From: Escherichia coli
Lineage (GTDB): Bacteria; Pseudomonadota; Gammaproteobacteria; Enterobacterales; Enterobacteriaceae
Assembly: GCF_044324875.1 (NCBI RefSeq)
Contig: NZ_CP172185.1
Length of the DNA: 64,000 nt
Direction: 5' to 3' (one strand)
Below the pieces are notes generated by a model that worked only from the letters and a program-made list of their open reading frames with translations, did no database searches and was not told where the DNA came from. Both the position numbers and the translations under genes were made by a program. Below, one piece after another: positions 11,461 to 21,106 of the stretch; positions within the stretch are counted from its first letter, which is position 1; each line of letters begins with the position of its first letter.

Positions 11461-12009
11461 TTATTGATACTGAACCTTGAAGGTCGCATCCGCATTAGCT
11501 GCGCCAGGGGTTGCGGCACCGGTTGCAAAATAACGCGCCTGGAACGGAATGGTGTTGGTTCCGTTATTCAGGGTTGTTTGTGCACTAAATGTCGCACCGT
11601 CCAGCGCCAGCGCAGCACCCGTTCTGTCCAGGATCTGCACACCAACTTTTGTTGCGCTACCCGCAGCTGAACTCTGCAAAGCTAATACGTTAGGATGAGT
11701 TCCATCAATTGCGGTACCAAGGAAGGCAATAGCAGCTTTATCTGCAACAGTAGTGTCACAATCGTTCAGTTGAATGTTAAAACCGACAGCAGAACTGGTT
11801 GCTCCTTCTTGTGCCAGCGATGCGGTACGAACCTGCCCTAACTGAACGGTTTGATCAGCAGAGCCTGCATCAACTGCGCAAGCGGCGTTAACAACTTCCC
11901 CTTTAAAGTGAACGGTCCCACCATTTACCGTCGTAGTATCAGCCAGAGCCGCTGCGGAACTGAGGGACAGAGCCGACAGAACAACGATTGCCAGAGTTTT
12001 AATTTTCAT
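11461..12009 (-). CDS. fimA: Type 1 fimbrial major subunit FimA
   Basis: Start at [23 protein letters not shown]; 182 aa; recognised as FimA. Confidence 0.9.
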   Translation of the reverse strand: MKIKTLAIVVLSALSLSSAAALADTTTVNGGTVHFKGEVVNAACAVDAGSADQTVQLGQVRTASLAQEGATSSAVGFNIQLNDCDTTVADKAAIAFLGTAIDGTHPNVLALQSSAAGSATKVGVQILDRTGAALALDGATFSAQTTLNNGTNTIPFQARYFATGAATPGAANADATFKVQYQ

Positions 12010-12128
12010 GCTGCTTTCCTTTAAAAAAACTATTTCTAAATCGACATGGGCAGTCGTTCTGTACACTTTGTTTTGTCAACGAGTTTGACTGCCAACACTG
12101 CACAGTTTTCCCCCAAAAGATGAAACAT

Positions 12129-12442
12129 TTGGGGCCATTTTGACTCATAGAGGAAAGCATCGCGCACAAACTTTTTCAGTTTATTTGTTGGCTTAATATT
12201 CTATTGTTATCTTTATTTATAGATTTTTATATTGCATGAGGTGGTTTTTGGAGAGAAGAATGAGGAAGATGCGTCGAGCCACAGAAACGTTAGCTTTACA
12301 TTTGGCGGAGGTGATGTGAAATTAATTTACAAGAGAAATAATTTACATATCAAACAGTTAGATGCTTTTTATCGTTTTTTAATATTTTTATGCTTGAGAA
12401 AAAATACGTAACTTATTTATGATATGGACAGTTTGGCCCCAA
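12129..12442. promoter_or_regulatory. fimS: fimS invertible element (fim switch), 314 bp, bounded by 9-bp inverted repeats TTGGGGCCA; appears to be in phase-OFF orientation
   Basis: ttggggcca at 12129-12137 and its inverted copy tggccccaa at 12434-12442; the internal sigma70 promoter reads on the + strand, away from fimA. Confidence 0.8.
12394..12423 (+). promoter_or_regulatory. fimA sigma70 promoter inside fimS (-35 TTGAGA, 18-bp spacer, -10 TATGAT), pointing toward fimE
   Basis: ttgaga at 12394-12399 and tatgat at 12418-12423 on the + strand; fimA is on the - strand at lower coordinates. Confidence 0.7.
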
Positions 12443-12489
12443 TTGTCTTGTATTTATTTGTTTTTTAACTTTATTATCAATAAGTTAAA

Positions 12490-13086
12490 TCAAACCTCTT
12501 CTCTTTTTAATTTTTCGTTTATGAGATTATTTCTTTCCCATAATCCGGCAAAACGAGCAGCATTACTGGCGGTATAACGTACAGTATGGCGAATATTTCG
12601 ATGCCCGAGATAATCCTGAATTAAACGGGTATCGGCACCACGCTCCGCCAGTTCATAACCGCAAGCATGCCTTAACATATGAGGATGAGTCTGCGTTACG
12701 GTTCCAGCTTCAATACCTGCATCGCGAATAATGCGATAGGCCTGCTGGCGAGAAAGCCGACTCCCGCGGCGAGAAATAAATATAGCGTCGGTCCGGTCAG
12801 CGCCTTTCCAGTTAGCACGTTCCTGGGTCCAGCGTTCCACGGCTTCACGCTCATCAAAACGTAACGGGTGAACGGTAGAAAATCCGTTCTTCAGTCGGCG
12901 AATATTTATTCGACCTTCATTAAGGTCAAGATCCTGATAATGCAGATCAAGCAGTTCACTAATACGCATCCCATGCCGATATGCCAACAGAATAAGACAA
13001 TAATCTCTGGCTCCCGTTGCCCCGTAACAAACCGCCTGCATCATGGCCTGAACTTCTTTACCGGTAAGATAACGACGTTTACTCAC
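12490..13086 (-). CDS. fimE: Tyrosine recombinase FimE (fim switch ON-to-OFF recombinase)
   Basis: 198-aa ORF with tyrosine recombinase motifs (HxLRH, RHTVRYT); position next to fimS. Confidence 0.9.
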   Translation of the reverse strand: MSKRRYLTGKEVQAMMQAVCYGATGARDYCLILLAYRHGMRISELLDLHYQDLDLNEGRINIRRLKNGFSTVHPLRFDEREAVERWTQERANWKGADRTDAIFISRRGSRLSRQQAYRIIRDAGIEAGTVTQTHPHMLRHACGYELAERGADTRLIQDYLGHRNIRHTVRYTASNAARFAGLWERNNLINEKLKREEV

Positions 13087-13563
13087 AATAGTAGTACTCC
13101 TGACTGAGATATATTTGAATGAATACCTATAGGAAACCTCAATCGGTCAAAATTAGCCCAATAGATAAAAAGATAACCACACACGAAGTGATGTGGCTAT
13201 CAGTCAATTACATTAAATATCATACAAAAATAAAATATCACTGATGTGACAACATCTATTTTCATTGATTTGATTCAATATAACAATAGATTGCAGAAGA
13301 TTAACTTCCAGTTGCTTAAAAAATAAAGAAAAAAGTGTGGAAACAGGAGAATTTAAGTGATGTGTAAATTTATGAATGATTTTGTTTATTTATTTTGAAG
13401 AACATAAACCATTGGATTTTGTATGGGTATGGTTAACTTAATGTTTATTATGATAATTAAGAATCACACTTACAATAACATCAATTAATAAATGGTTAAT
13501 CATTTTTGATATATCGTAAGAATAATGTAGTTTTTAACACCATCCCTGGTATCTCAACTATCT

Positions 13564-14166
13564 CTATAAAACAGCGTGACGCTGTCGTCCTCTGGCTCTA
13601 TCCCAGATGCCGTAAAAACGCCCTGCATTACTGGCGGTATACCAGACAGTATGACGAATATTGCGATGCCCAAGATAATCCTGGATAAGTCGCGTATCTA
13701 TTCCCATATTCGCCAAAGCAAAACCACACGAATGGCGTAACATGTGCGGATGAATCTCCAGTGACAACCCGGCATTACCACCAGAAGTCGAGATAATATG
13801 GTAAAACTGTTGCCGAGAAAGCGGATTCCCCTTACGTGATAAAAATACCCACTCGCTCTCAGCATGCGGGTACGAAGTACGGATACTCAACCAGTTTTTT
13901 AAAGCCTGAACTTCTTTGTTCAATAGCGGGTGCGTTGTTGAAAAGCCTTTTTTTAATCGATGGATATATATACACTTTGCCTTAAGATCAATATCCGAAA
14001 TCCTCAATCGACAAATTTCACTCGCCCGGAAACCATGAATAAAACAAAGCAAAGTCAGACAATAATTACGTGCTGCATGAGGCCCGGTATTTGCTGCTTT
14101 AAGGAGTGACTCGATTTCACTATGGGTAAGGAAGTTCCTTTTTTTGTTATCAGCCTTATTCTTCAT
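13564..14166 (-). CDS. fimB: Tyrosine recombinase FimB (bidirectional fim switch recombinase)
   Basis: 200-aa ORF, paralogue of FimE with the same recombinase motifs. Confidence 0.9.
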   Translation of the reverse strand: MKNKADNKKRNFLTHSEIESLLKAANTGPHAARNYCLTLLCFIHGFRASEICRLRISDIDLKAKCIYIHRLKKGFSTTHPLLNKEVQALKNWLSIRTSYPHAESEWVFLSRKGNPLSRQQFYHIISTSGGNAGLSLEIHPHMLRHSCGFALANMGIDTRLIQDYLGHRNIRHTVWYTASNAGRFYGIWDRARGRQRHAVL

Positions 14167-15179
14167 CGTTTTCCCTTATAATTACAGACGCGCACTAGCT
14201 GTGCTGGGTTAGCAATAATCCAACATTTTAATCCTGATTATGTTTATAAAAGCGAACGTTTGCTTAATAACTAACGTAAGTGGACCAGTTCTTCTGAGCG
14301 AACTTAAATGGAGTAGCGATAGTTACTTATAATAACTTTGCCATACAAACGCCATGCTCTTGCATGCTATGTACCTTTATATATTTATCAATCTGGTACG
14401 AATCTAATAATAACCCTCATCATTAATGCAACTAATCTTATCTATATATCATGTGATATGTTCTGTAACAAGTAAAATCAACATAAAAAATTCAGCAAAA
14501 TTTAATATTCGTTCAACTAGCCGTCTCACATATGACATTATTAGTCAACTCCACTTGCCACAAAATGGCTATTTCATGGAACGCAGTAATTTCTTAGTGG
14601 CTATTATCAAGCTAATTCTTAGGTCCCTAGCGATTATTCCTGGCTGGTTCGTCAGTTTAGGTCATGAGATTGTTACATTCCTTTTTATCCTGGAGATATG
14701 GGGGAACGCAGGCGACGCTTTTTCATCTACATCCGTTGGTAAATATGGCTTTGGTCACTACGACTTAAACCTTCCTCAATCACAGCTATTCGCCGGGCGA
14801 TACGGCAAACAAACTAAGTGAAACATCATCCTGAAAACGCCAACATCAACAAGCCTCTCCAGATCGACATCAGGAGTGACCAGTTACAAGCCACAAACCA
14901 AGAAACATATTTCATGATGAGAATTATGCTCAGCCTGATGGCGGGTAAACCCTTATTTTCACCAAGCTCACTGAGTTAGCTTGCAAAGCTTCCTTTGTTT
15001 AGATTCTAAATAAATTATTTATAAAACATATAGTTAAAAGAAAATCTTTAGTTTTTGAAGACCACCGCAATTGTTCGTCTGGCTTCACATGGCATCTGCC
15101 TCTTAGAAAAAGATCGACATATTTTGTGACACGAATTGCAAATCTGGTTTTGTTGTATGGATTGCGTGATTTTTGATCT

Positions 15180-15194
15180 GGTATAACAGGTATA
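15180..15194. promoter_or_regulatory. NanR-type operator (tandem GGTATA repeats) in the fimB-nanC intergenic region
   Basis: ggtataacaggtata read directly; GGTATA repeats are the known NanR recognition unit; about 420 bp upstream of nanC. Confidence 0.5.
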
Positions 15195-15617
15195 AAGGTG
15201 CACCACGATAGTCAATGAAACTGGGCATCTCGCAATCTATGGCAAACATCACTTCAGTTCTTTCTCATCGGGTGATGAAAACGCACTTCAGTCTGAAAGG
15301 AATATGAAAATGAGATCAACAGACACTCTATTTTATGACTCTGGGTAAAATGGATTGAGTAAGTGATATAGCTTACGAACATTCAAATCAATTAAACATC
15401 AGAAGAGATTTTATACTCAGGTATTTAATCTGGTTCTCTGTTTATTTAAATAATGTGGAAAGAGAATTTTCACAGGAGACCTTATACAAAAAATATAAAA
15501 TAAGCTACCCGTTGCCAAAGACACTATAAGCCTGGCAAAAAATATTACACAACATAAATGCTAATTGTTTATGCGGGCTTTGTATTGCTTTCTGTATCCT
15601 ACAAATGAGTGAAATTT

Positions 15618-16334
15618 ATGAAAAAGGCTAAAATACTTTCTGGCGTATTATTACTGTGCTTTTCGTCACCATTAATTTCTCAGGCTGCGACACTGGACGT
15701 ACGTGGTGGATATCGTAGCGGAAGCCATGCCTATGAGACTCGACTCAAAGTCAGTGAGGGATGGCAAAATGGATGGTGGGCAAGCATGGAAAGTAATACC
15801 TGGAATACCATTCATGATAATAAAAAGGAAAATGCCGCACTCAATGATGTTCAGGTTGAAGTTAATTACGCGATTAAACTTGATGATCAATGGACGGTGC
15901 GCCCGGGAATGTTAACGCATTTTAGCAGCAACGGCACACGCTACGGACCCTACGTAAAACTGTCCTGGGACGCGACAAAAGATCTTAATTTTGGCATTCG
16001 CTATCGTTACGACTGGAAAGCTTACCGACAACAAGACTTATCCGGTGATATGTCTCGTGATAACGTTCATCGTTGGGATGGATATGTCACTTACCATATT
16101 AATAGTGATTTCACCTTCGCATGGCAAACGACGCTATACAGCAAACAGAATGATTATCGCTATGCAAACCACAAGAAATGGGCGACGGAAAATGCCTTTG
16201 TTCTACAATACCATATGACGCCCGATATTACGCCATACATAGAATATGACTACCTTGACCGCCAGGGTGTTTACAACGGCAGAGATAATTTATCGGAAAA
16301 CAGTTATCGCATTGGTGTGTCATTTAAACTGTAG
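15618..16334 (+). CDS. nanC: N-acetylneuraminic acid outer-membrane channel NanC (KdgM-family porin)
   Basis: Start at MKKAKILSGVLLLCFSSPLISQA signal peptide; 238 aa; ends in aromatic residue typical of beta-barrel proteins. Confidence 0.9.
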   Translation: MKKAKILSGVLLLCFSSPLISQAATLDVRGGYRSGSHAYETRLKVSEGWQNGWWASMESNTWNTIHDNKKENAALNDVQVEVNYAIKLDDQWTVRPGMLTHFSSNGTRYGPYVKLSWDATKDLNFGIRYRYDWKAYRQQDLSGDMSRDNVHRWDGYVTYHINSDFTFAWQTTLYSKQNDYRYANHKKWATENAFVLQYHMTPDITPYIEYDYLDRQGVYNGRDNLSENSYRIGVSFKL

Positions 16335-16353
16335 TAGACAGGAGACAGTCACA

Positions 16354-17460
16354 ATGAATAAAACAATAACGGCGCTTACTATCATAATGGCTTCATTTGC
16401 CGCAAACGCGTCTGTATTACCGGAAACTCCTGTGCCATTTAAAAGTGGTACTGGAGCAATTGATAACGACACTGTCTACATTGGTTTAGGTAGCGCAGGT
16501 ACGGCATGGTACAAGCTGGATACACAGGCCAAAAATAAAAGCTGGACAGCGTTAGCTGCATTCCCTGGCGGACCGAGAGATCAAGCAACCTCGGCATTTA
16601 TTGATGGCAATCTGTATGTGTTTGGCGGCATTGGCAAAAACAGCGAGGGCTTGACTCAGGTATTTAATGACGTACACAAATACAACCCCAAAACCAATAG
16701 CTGGGTTAAATTGATGTCGCACGCGCCGATGGGCATGGCGGGCCATGTGACTTTTGTACACAACGGCAAGGCTTATGTTACTGGCGGTGTTAACCAGAAT
16801 ATCTTCAATGGCTATTTTGAAGATCTCAACGAGGCAGGAAAAGATTCAACCGCTATAGATAAAATCAACGCCCACTATTTTGACAAAAAAGCAGAAGATT
16901 ATTTCTTCAATAAGTTTCTGTTGTCTTTTGATCCCTCAACACAGCAATGGAGTTACGCTGGCGAATCTCCCTGGTACGGGACGGCTGGTGCGGCGGTTGT
17001 GAATAAGGGTGATAAAACCTGGCTTATTAATGGCGAAGCCAAACCAGGATTGCGAACGGATGCCGTATTTGAACTTGATTTCACCGGTAATAATTTAAAA
17101 TGGAATAAGCTTGCTCCCGTCTCATCACCAGATGGCGTCGCTGGCGGTTTTGCAGGCATGAGCAATGACTCACTGATATTTGCCGGAGGGGCCGGATTCA
17201 AAGGTTCACGGGAAAATTACCAAAACGGTAAGAACTATGCGCATGAAGGCCTGAAAAAATCATATAGCGCTGATATTCATCTTTGGCATAACGGGAAATG
17301 GGATAAATCGGGCGAATTATCGCAAGGTCGGGCCTACGGAGTATCATTGCCCTGGAATAATAGTTTATTAATTATTGGCGGTGAAACTGCAGGCGGCAAA
17401 GCAGTGACGGATTCAGTTTTGATCTCTGTGAAGGATAATAAAGTCACAGTACAAAACTAA
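16354..17460 (+). CDS. nanM: N-acetylneuraminate mutarotase NanM (Kelch-repeat beta-propeller)
   Basis: Start at MNKTITALTIIMASFAANA with GGAG ribosome-binding site at 16341-16344; 368 aa. Confidence 0.9.
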   Translation: MNKTITALTIIMASFAANASVLPETPVPFKSGTGAIDNDTVYIGLGSAGTAWYKLDTQAKNKSWTALAAFPGGPRDQATSAFIDGNLYVFGGIGKNSEGLTQVFNDVHKYNPKTNSWVKLMSHAPMGMAGHVTFVHNGKAYVTGGVNQNIFNGYFEDLNEAGKDSTAIDKINAHYFDKKAEDYFFNKFLLSFDPSTQQWSYAGESPWYGTAGAAVVNKGDKTWLINGEAKPGLRTDAVFELDFTGNNLKWNKLAPVSSPDGVAGGFAGMSNDSLIFAGGAGFKGSRENYQNGKNYAHEGLKKSYSADIHLWHNGKWDKSGELSQGRAYGVSLPWNNSLLIIGGETAGGKAVTDSVLISVKDNKVTVQN

Positions 17461-17524
17461 TGCTTCAGGGCCCCAGTAAAGGGGCCCTGCTATCAATTTA
17501 TCATTTCAATTACGCGAAAATTAT

Positions 17525-18511
17525 ATGAACGCAATAATATCGCCCGATTATTACTATGTTCTTACCGTTGCTGGTCAGTCTAATGCCATGGCGTATGGCG
17601 AAGGACTGCCATTACCGGACAGGGAAGATGCGCCTCATCCCAGAATTAAACAATTAGCGAGATTTGCGCATACGCATCCCGGAGGCCCGTCATGTCACTT
17701 TAACGACATTATTCCACTGACTCACTGCCCACACGATGTTCAGGATATGCAGGGTTATCACCATCCTCTGGCAACGAATCATCAAACACAGTACGGCACC
17801 GTTGGCCAGGCACTGCATATTGCACGGAAATTACTGCCCTTCATTCCTGATAATGCAGGGGTTCTCATCGTTCCATGTTGTCGTGGCGGCTCGGCTTTTA
17901 TCGCAGGCAGCGAAGGGACATATTCAGAACGGCACGGAGCCAGCCATGATGCTTGTCGTTGGGGATCGGATACTCCGCTATACCAGGATTTAGTCAGCAG
18001 AACGCGAGCCGCACTGGCAAAAAATCCGCAGAACAAATTCCTCGGCGTATGCTGGATGCAAGGCGAATTTGACTTAATGACCAGTGACTACTCGTCACAC
18101 CCTCAACACTTTAATCATATGGTTGAAGCCTTTCGTAGGGAGCTAAAACAATACCATTCTCAGCTTAATAATATTACTGACGCACCGTGGTTTTGCGGCG
18201 ATACCACCTGGTACTGGAAAGAAAATTTCCCTCATGCGTATGAAGCGATTTATGGCAATTATCAAAATAATGTTTTAGCCAATATTATTTTCGTCGACTT
18301 CCAGCAACAAGGTGAAAGAGGACTGACGAACGCGCCTGATGAAGATCCGGACGATTTAAGCACGGGATATTACGGTTCAGCGTACCGGTCACCGGAGAAC
18401 TGGACGACGGCACTGCGAAGTAGTCATTTCAGCGCGGCAGCCCGTCGGGGAATTATTTCTGACAGGTTTGTAGAAGCAATTTTGCGTTTGTCACATTTTC
18501 ACAAAGAATAG
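17525..18511 (+). CDS. nanS: 9-O-acetyl-N-acetylneuraminate esterase NanS
   Basis: 328-aa ORF recognised as NanS/YjhS; nanCMS synteny. Confidence 0.9.
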   Translation: MNAIISPDYYYVLTVAGQSNAMAYGEGLPLPDREDAPHPRIKQLARFAHTHPGGPSCHFNDIIPLTHCPHDVQDMQGYHHPLATNHQTQYGTVGQALHIARKLLPFIPDNAGVLIVPCCRGGSAFIAGSEGTYSERHGASHDACRWGSDTPLYQDLVSRTRAALAKNPQNKFLGVCWMQGEFDLMTSDYSSHPQHFNHMVEAFRRELKQYHSQLNNITDAPWFCGDTTWYWKENFPHAYEAIYGNYQNNVLANIIFVDFQQQGERGLTNAPDEDPDDLSTGYYGSAYRSPENWTTALRSSHFSAAARRGIISDRFVEAILRLSHFHKE

Positions 18512-18559
18512 TACACGCTATTCCTTGTGCAATCAGGCCAACTCGCAATAAAGGCAGCA

Positions 18560-19255
18560 ACTATGCTTGAAGCCCCTTCCCCGCCGGATAAATAATATCC
18601 TTACGGCAATTGGTAACCGTATAAAAGGCCTGATGTTTTGAACTGCCGTTGACGGAGATGAAGTAATCTGCTTTTTTGGCAGCATCCAATAACGCATCAA
18701 TGGCAACGCGATCATTGTTGAGCTCAATTCATAGCGCCGGATACAATTTCAATAAGGCGTCTTTACCACGTTGCGTGGCATTTTTGTAATACTGTAAAAC
18801 ACCCGCTTTTTCCCGCGGAGATTCCGATACAACGGAGACGTTACGCTTGCTGGTATGGTTTCTGTCGGGAGGGTACTACCGATATCCTTACAAGCGTAGA
18901 GCTGTTCCATCATGCGTGCCAACAACAACATACGGATATCCAACCGTTCCCAGCGACGTAGGAACATCTCGCGAATGTTAATCCAGTACTGTAGTCGGCG
19001 ATCGCTATCACCAGATTCACAATCATAAAGAACCTCTGCAATATCAATAGTATACTTGAGAATTTGTTTCGATTCATTTTTCGTGCACAACATTTCGATA
19101 GCTTCGAGGGCATCATGGTATTCTTTGTGACTGAAGGTCCATGAAAGTAACGTATCGAGAATAATCCCTGTAGTTGCCAAAATGAGTTGATAACTACACA
19201 ATGATTTGTTTGTACAGAAGGAACGATTATTATATGGTCTTGTAGGGCAGAGCAC
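18560..19255 (-). pseudogene. Frameshifted gene remnant of unknown function at the left boundary of the island
   Basis: 168-aa ORF 18749-19255 continues in a different frame to about 18560 (ELNNDRVAIDALLDAAKKADYFISVNGSS...); no intact long ORF; no recognisable domain. Confidence 0.25.
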
Positions 19256-19372
19256 GTTGCTACCGTAACAGCGTTGAAGATAATTTGGTCGAGACTGTAG
19301 TGGACCAGTTTAAAATGTAGCAGAATTTTAAAAGTGTCAGGTGCATAGAATTAAAAAAATGGAACTATAAAA

Positions 19373-21106
19373 ATGGAAATCATGTTACCAAAAAACACCT
19401 TATATGATAGAGAGCAAAATATCTTTTTTGAAAAGGTTACGGCCTTAATTGGAGAAAATGGTGCTGGTAAATCCTCGATTTTACAATCCGTATTTATTAA
19501 CTGTTTAACAAAAAAATATCTACCAGAAACAAAGGTTGTTTGTTTTTCTTCTGGACAAAATGAGAAATACTCAACGTACTTCTCTGATTATCTTTCTCAT
19601 GAAAGGCAAGCAAATAGAGGTCTTAGCTTAGATTGTTGTTATTACGATAAATCATGGTCAAAGTTACTAATATTCATATCCACAATTTGTAAATCAAATG
19701 GTCTTGTTAGAAATTTTTTATGTGAGAAAGGCTATATTGATGTATCAGATGATAAAAATGATGATATATCAAGCAAGCTTACATTGACGGTCCGAGTAAA
19801 TTCGGCTTACGTTAATCGAGTAAAAATGGCATTAGCACAAGAAGAACAAGGTATTGAAAATACTTTAAGGTATTCAGCTTATCATAGGACTTTAGAAAGT
19901 TTCATTAATAATATTGTTAATGCTGATTATGATTTCGAGTCTCCACTTGAAGCTCAAGAGATCTTGCTAACTCATTCAAATTTTTTCAATCCATCATTTG
20001 AGGAAGGAGAAGATTCCTTTTTTGATCCTATCATAACATTTTTCACTCAAGCAGCAGATAATGATTACTTTATAATAAAACCATCATTACAGCTAGAGTT
20101 TAAAAATAATATCGAACTGAATGATATTAGTGATGGGGAATATCAAGTACTCTTTTTATACTCTTTGCTTGATATTTTTGATAGTCCTAATACTTTATTC
20201 TTATTAGATGAGATAGATTCCCATTTACATTACAAGAATATTGAGCTCTTATGGCATCGACTACATAGTATTAATGGTTATGCGATAACAACCACCCATC
20301 TATTAGACTCAATTACAGCTACTGATAATGATTTTAAAAACTTAAAGATTGTTGATAAAGGAAAAATAAAAGAAGATGATAAAATAAAAACTATAATAGA
20401 ACGTTTATCTGTCTTGACAAGAATATCAGACGTACAGTTCGAAGTGTGTCGTAAACTAGAAAACATTGTATTGATGGATGATTATAATGATTGGACTATT
20501 TTTTATGCCTTAGCAAAGAAAAAAGGACTTGATGTATCAAAGTTAGATGGCCTCCATGCAATAAAACAGTCCTCTGGTTACGATAATTTAAATCAAGAGT
20601 TCGCAAAACCAAAAATAGAGTGGATTAATTCGCTTTTAAATGTAAATACTGATAAAAAAGTCAAAAAAATATTCATGATCTGCGACAAAGATGAGGCTCC
20701 AATTACCTATCAGAAAGATGGAGTTCAAGTCAATGGAAGTGAATGTTCAAAACATATAGCGAAGTTAGAAAATAAAAACAAAAATAAAATATATCTCCTT
20801 GTCTGGAAAAGAAGAGAAATAAAAAACTACTTATTATCTTATACGGCATTGTCTCATCATGGATTTATCGGGCAAATAAACAATGGTGATCTGCCGGCTA
20901 ACAGTTATTTAAAAGAAAACGATCCTGGAGATAATTCAGCAATTAGCCGGCTTAACGTAAAACATTGCATCACAAAAATAATTGATTCTGATGGTATAGG
21001 ATTAGATATATCAAAACTTTACTCATATATAGAACTTATACCACCTGCTGAGATCAGTGAAGATATAGTGAATATGTACAATTTTTTGGTGGAGAAATTA
21101 AAATGA
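19373..21106 (+). CDS. OLD-family-like ABC ATPase with C-terminal Toprim-like region (putative nuclease/ATPase component)
   Basis: Walker A GENGAGKSS, ABC-signature-like ISDGEYQ, Walker B LFLLDEIDSHLH, H-loop TTTH; C-terminal DxD-type motif FMICDKDE; about 28% GC. Confidence 0.75.
   Translation: MEIMLPKNTLYDREQNIFFEKVTALIGENGAGKSSILQSVFINCLTKKYLPETKVVCFSSGQNEKYSTYFSDYLSHERQANRGLSLDCCYYDKSWSKLLIFISTICKSNGLVRNFLCEKGYIDVSDDKNDDISSKLTLTVRVNSAYVNRVKMALAQEEQGIENTLRYSAYHRTLESFINNIVNADYDFESPLEAQEILLTHSNFFNPSFEEGEDSFFDPIITFFTQAADNDYFIIKPSLQLEFKNNIELNDISDGEYQVLFLYSLLDIFDSPNTLFLLDEIDSHLHYKNIELLWHRLHSINGYAITTTHLLDSITATDNDFKNLKIVDKGKIKEDDKIKTIIERLSVLTRISDVQFEVCRKLENIVLMDDYNDWTIFYALAKKKGLDVSKLDGLHAIKQSSGYDNLNQEFAKPKIEWINSLLNVNTDKKVKKIFMICDKDEAPITYQKDGVQVNGSECSKHIAKLENKNKNKIYLLVWKRREIKNYLLSYTALSHHGFIGQINNGDLPANSYLKENDPGDNSAISRLNVKHCITKIIDSDGIGLDISKLYSYIELIPPAEISEDIVNMYNFLVEKLK

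Noticed and set aside
14426-14821. 131-aa + strand ORF in the fimB-nanC intergenic region
   Set aside because: No ribosome-binding site, AT-rich low-complexity translation, located in a known long regulatory region; probably non-coding.
18512-19372. Direct repeat of the leuX 3' end marking the distal island boundary
   Set aside because: I could not find a convincing copy of tggtgccgaaggccgg or its 3' portion by eye; this needs a computational search before concluding absence.
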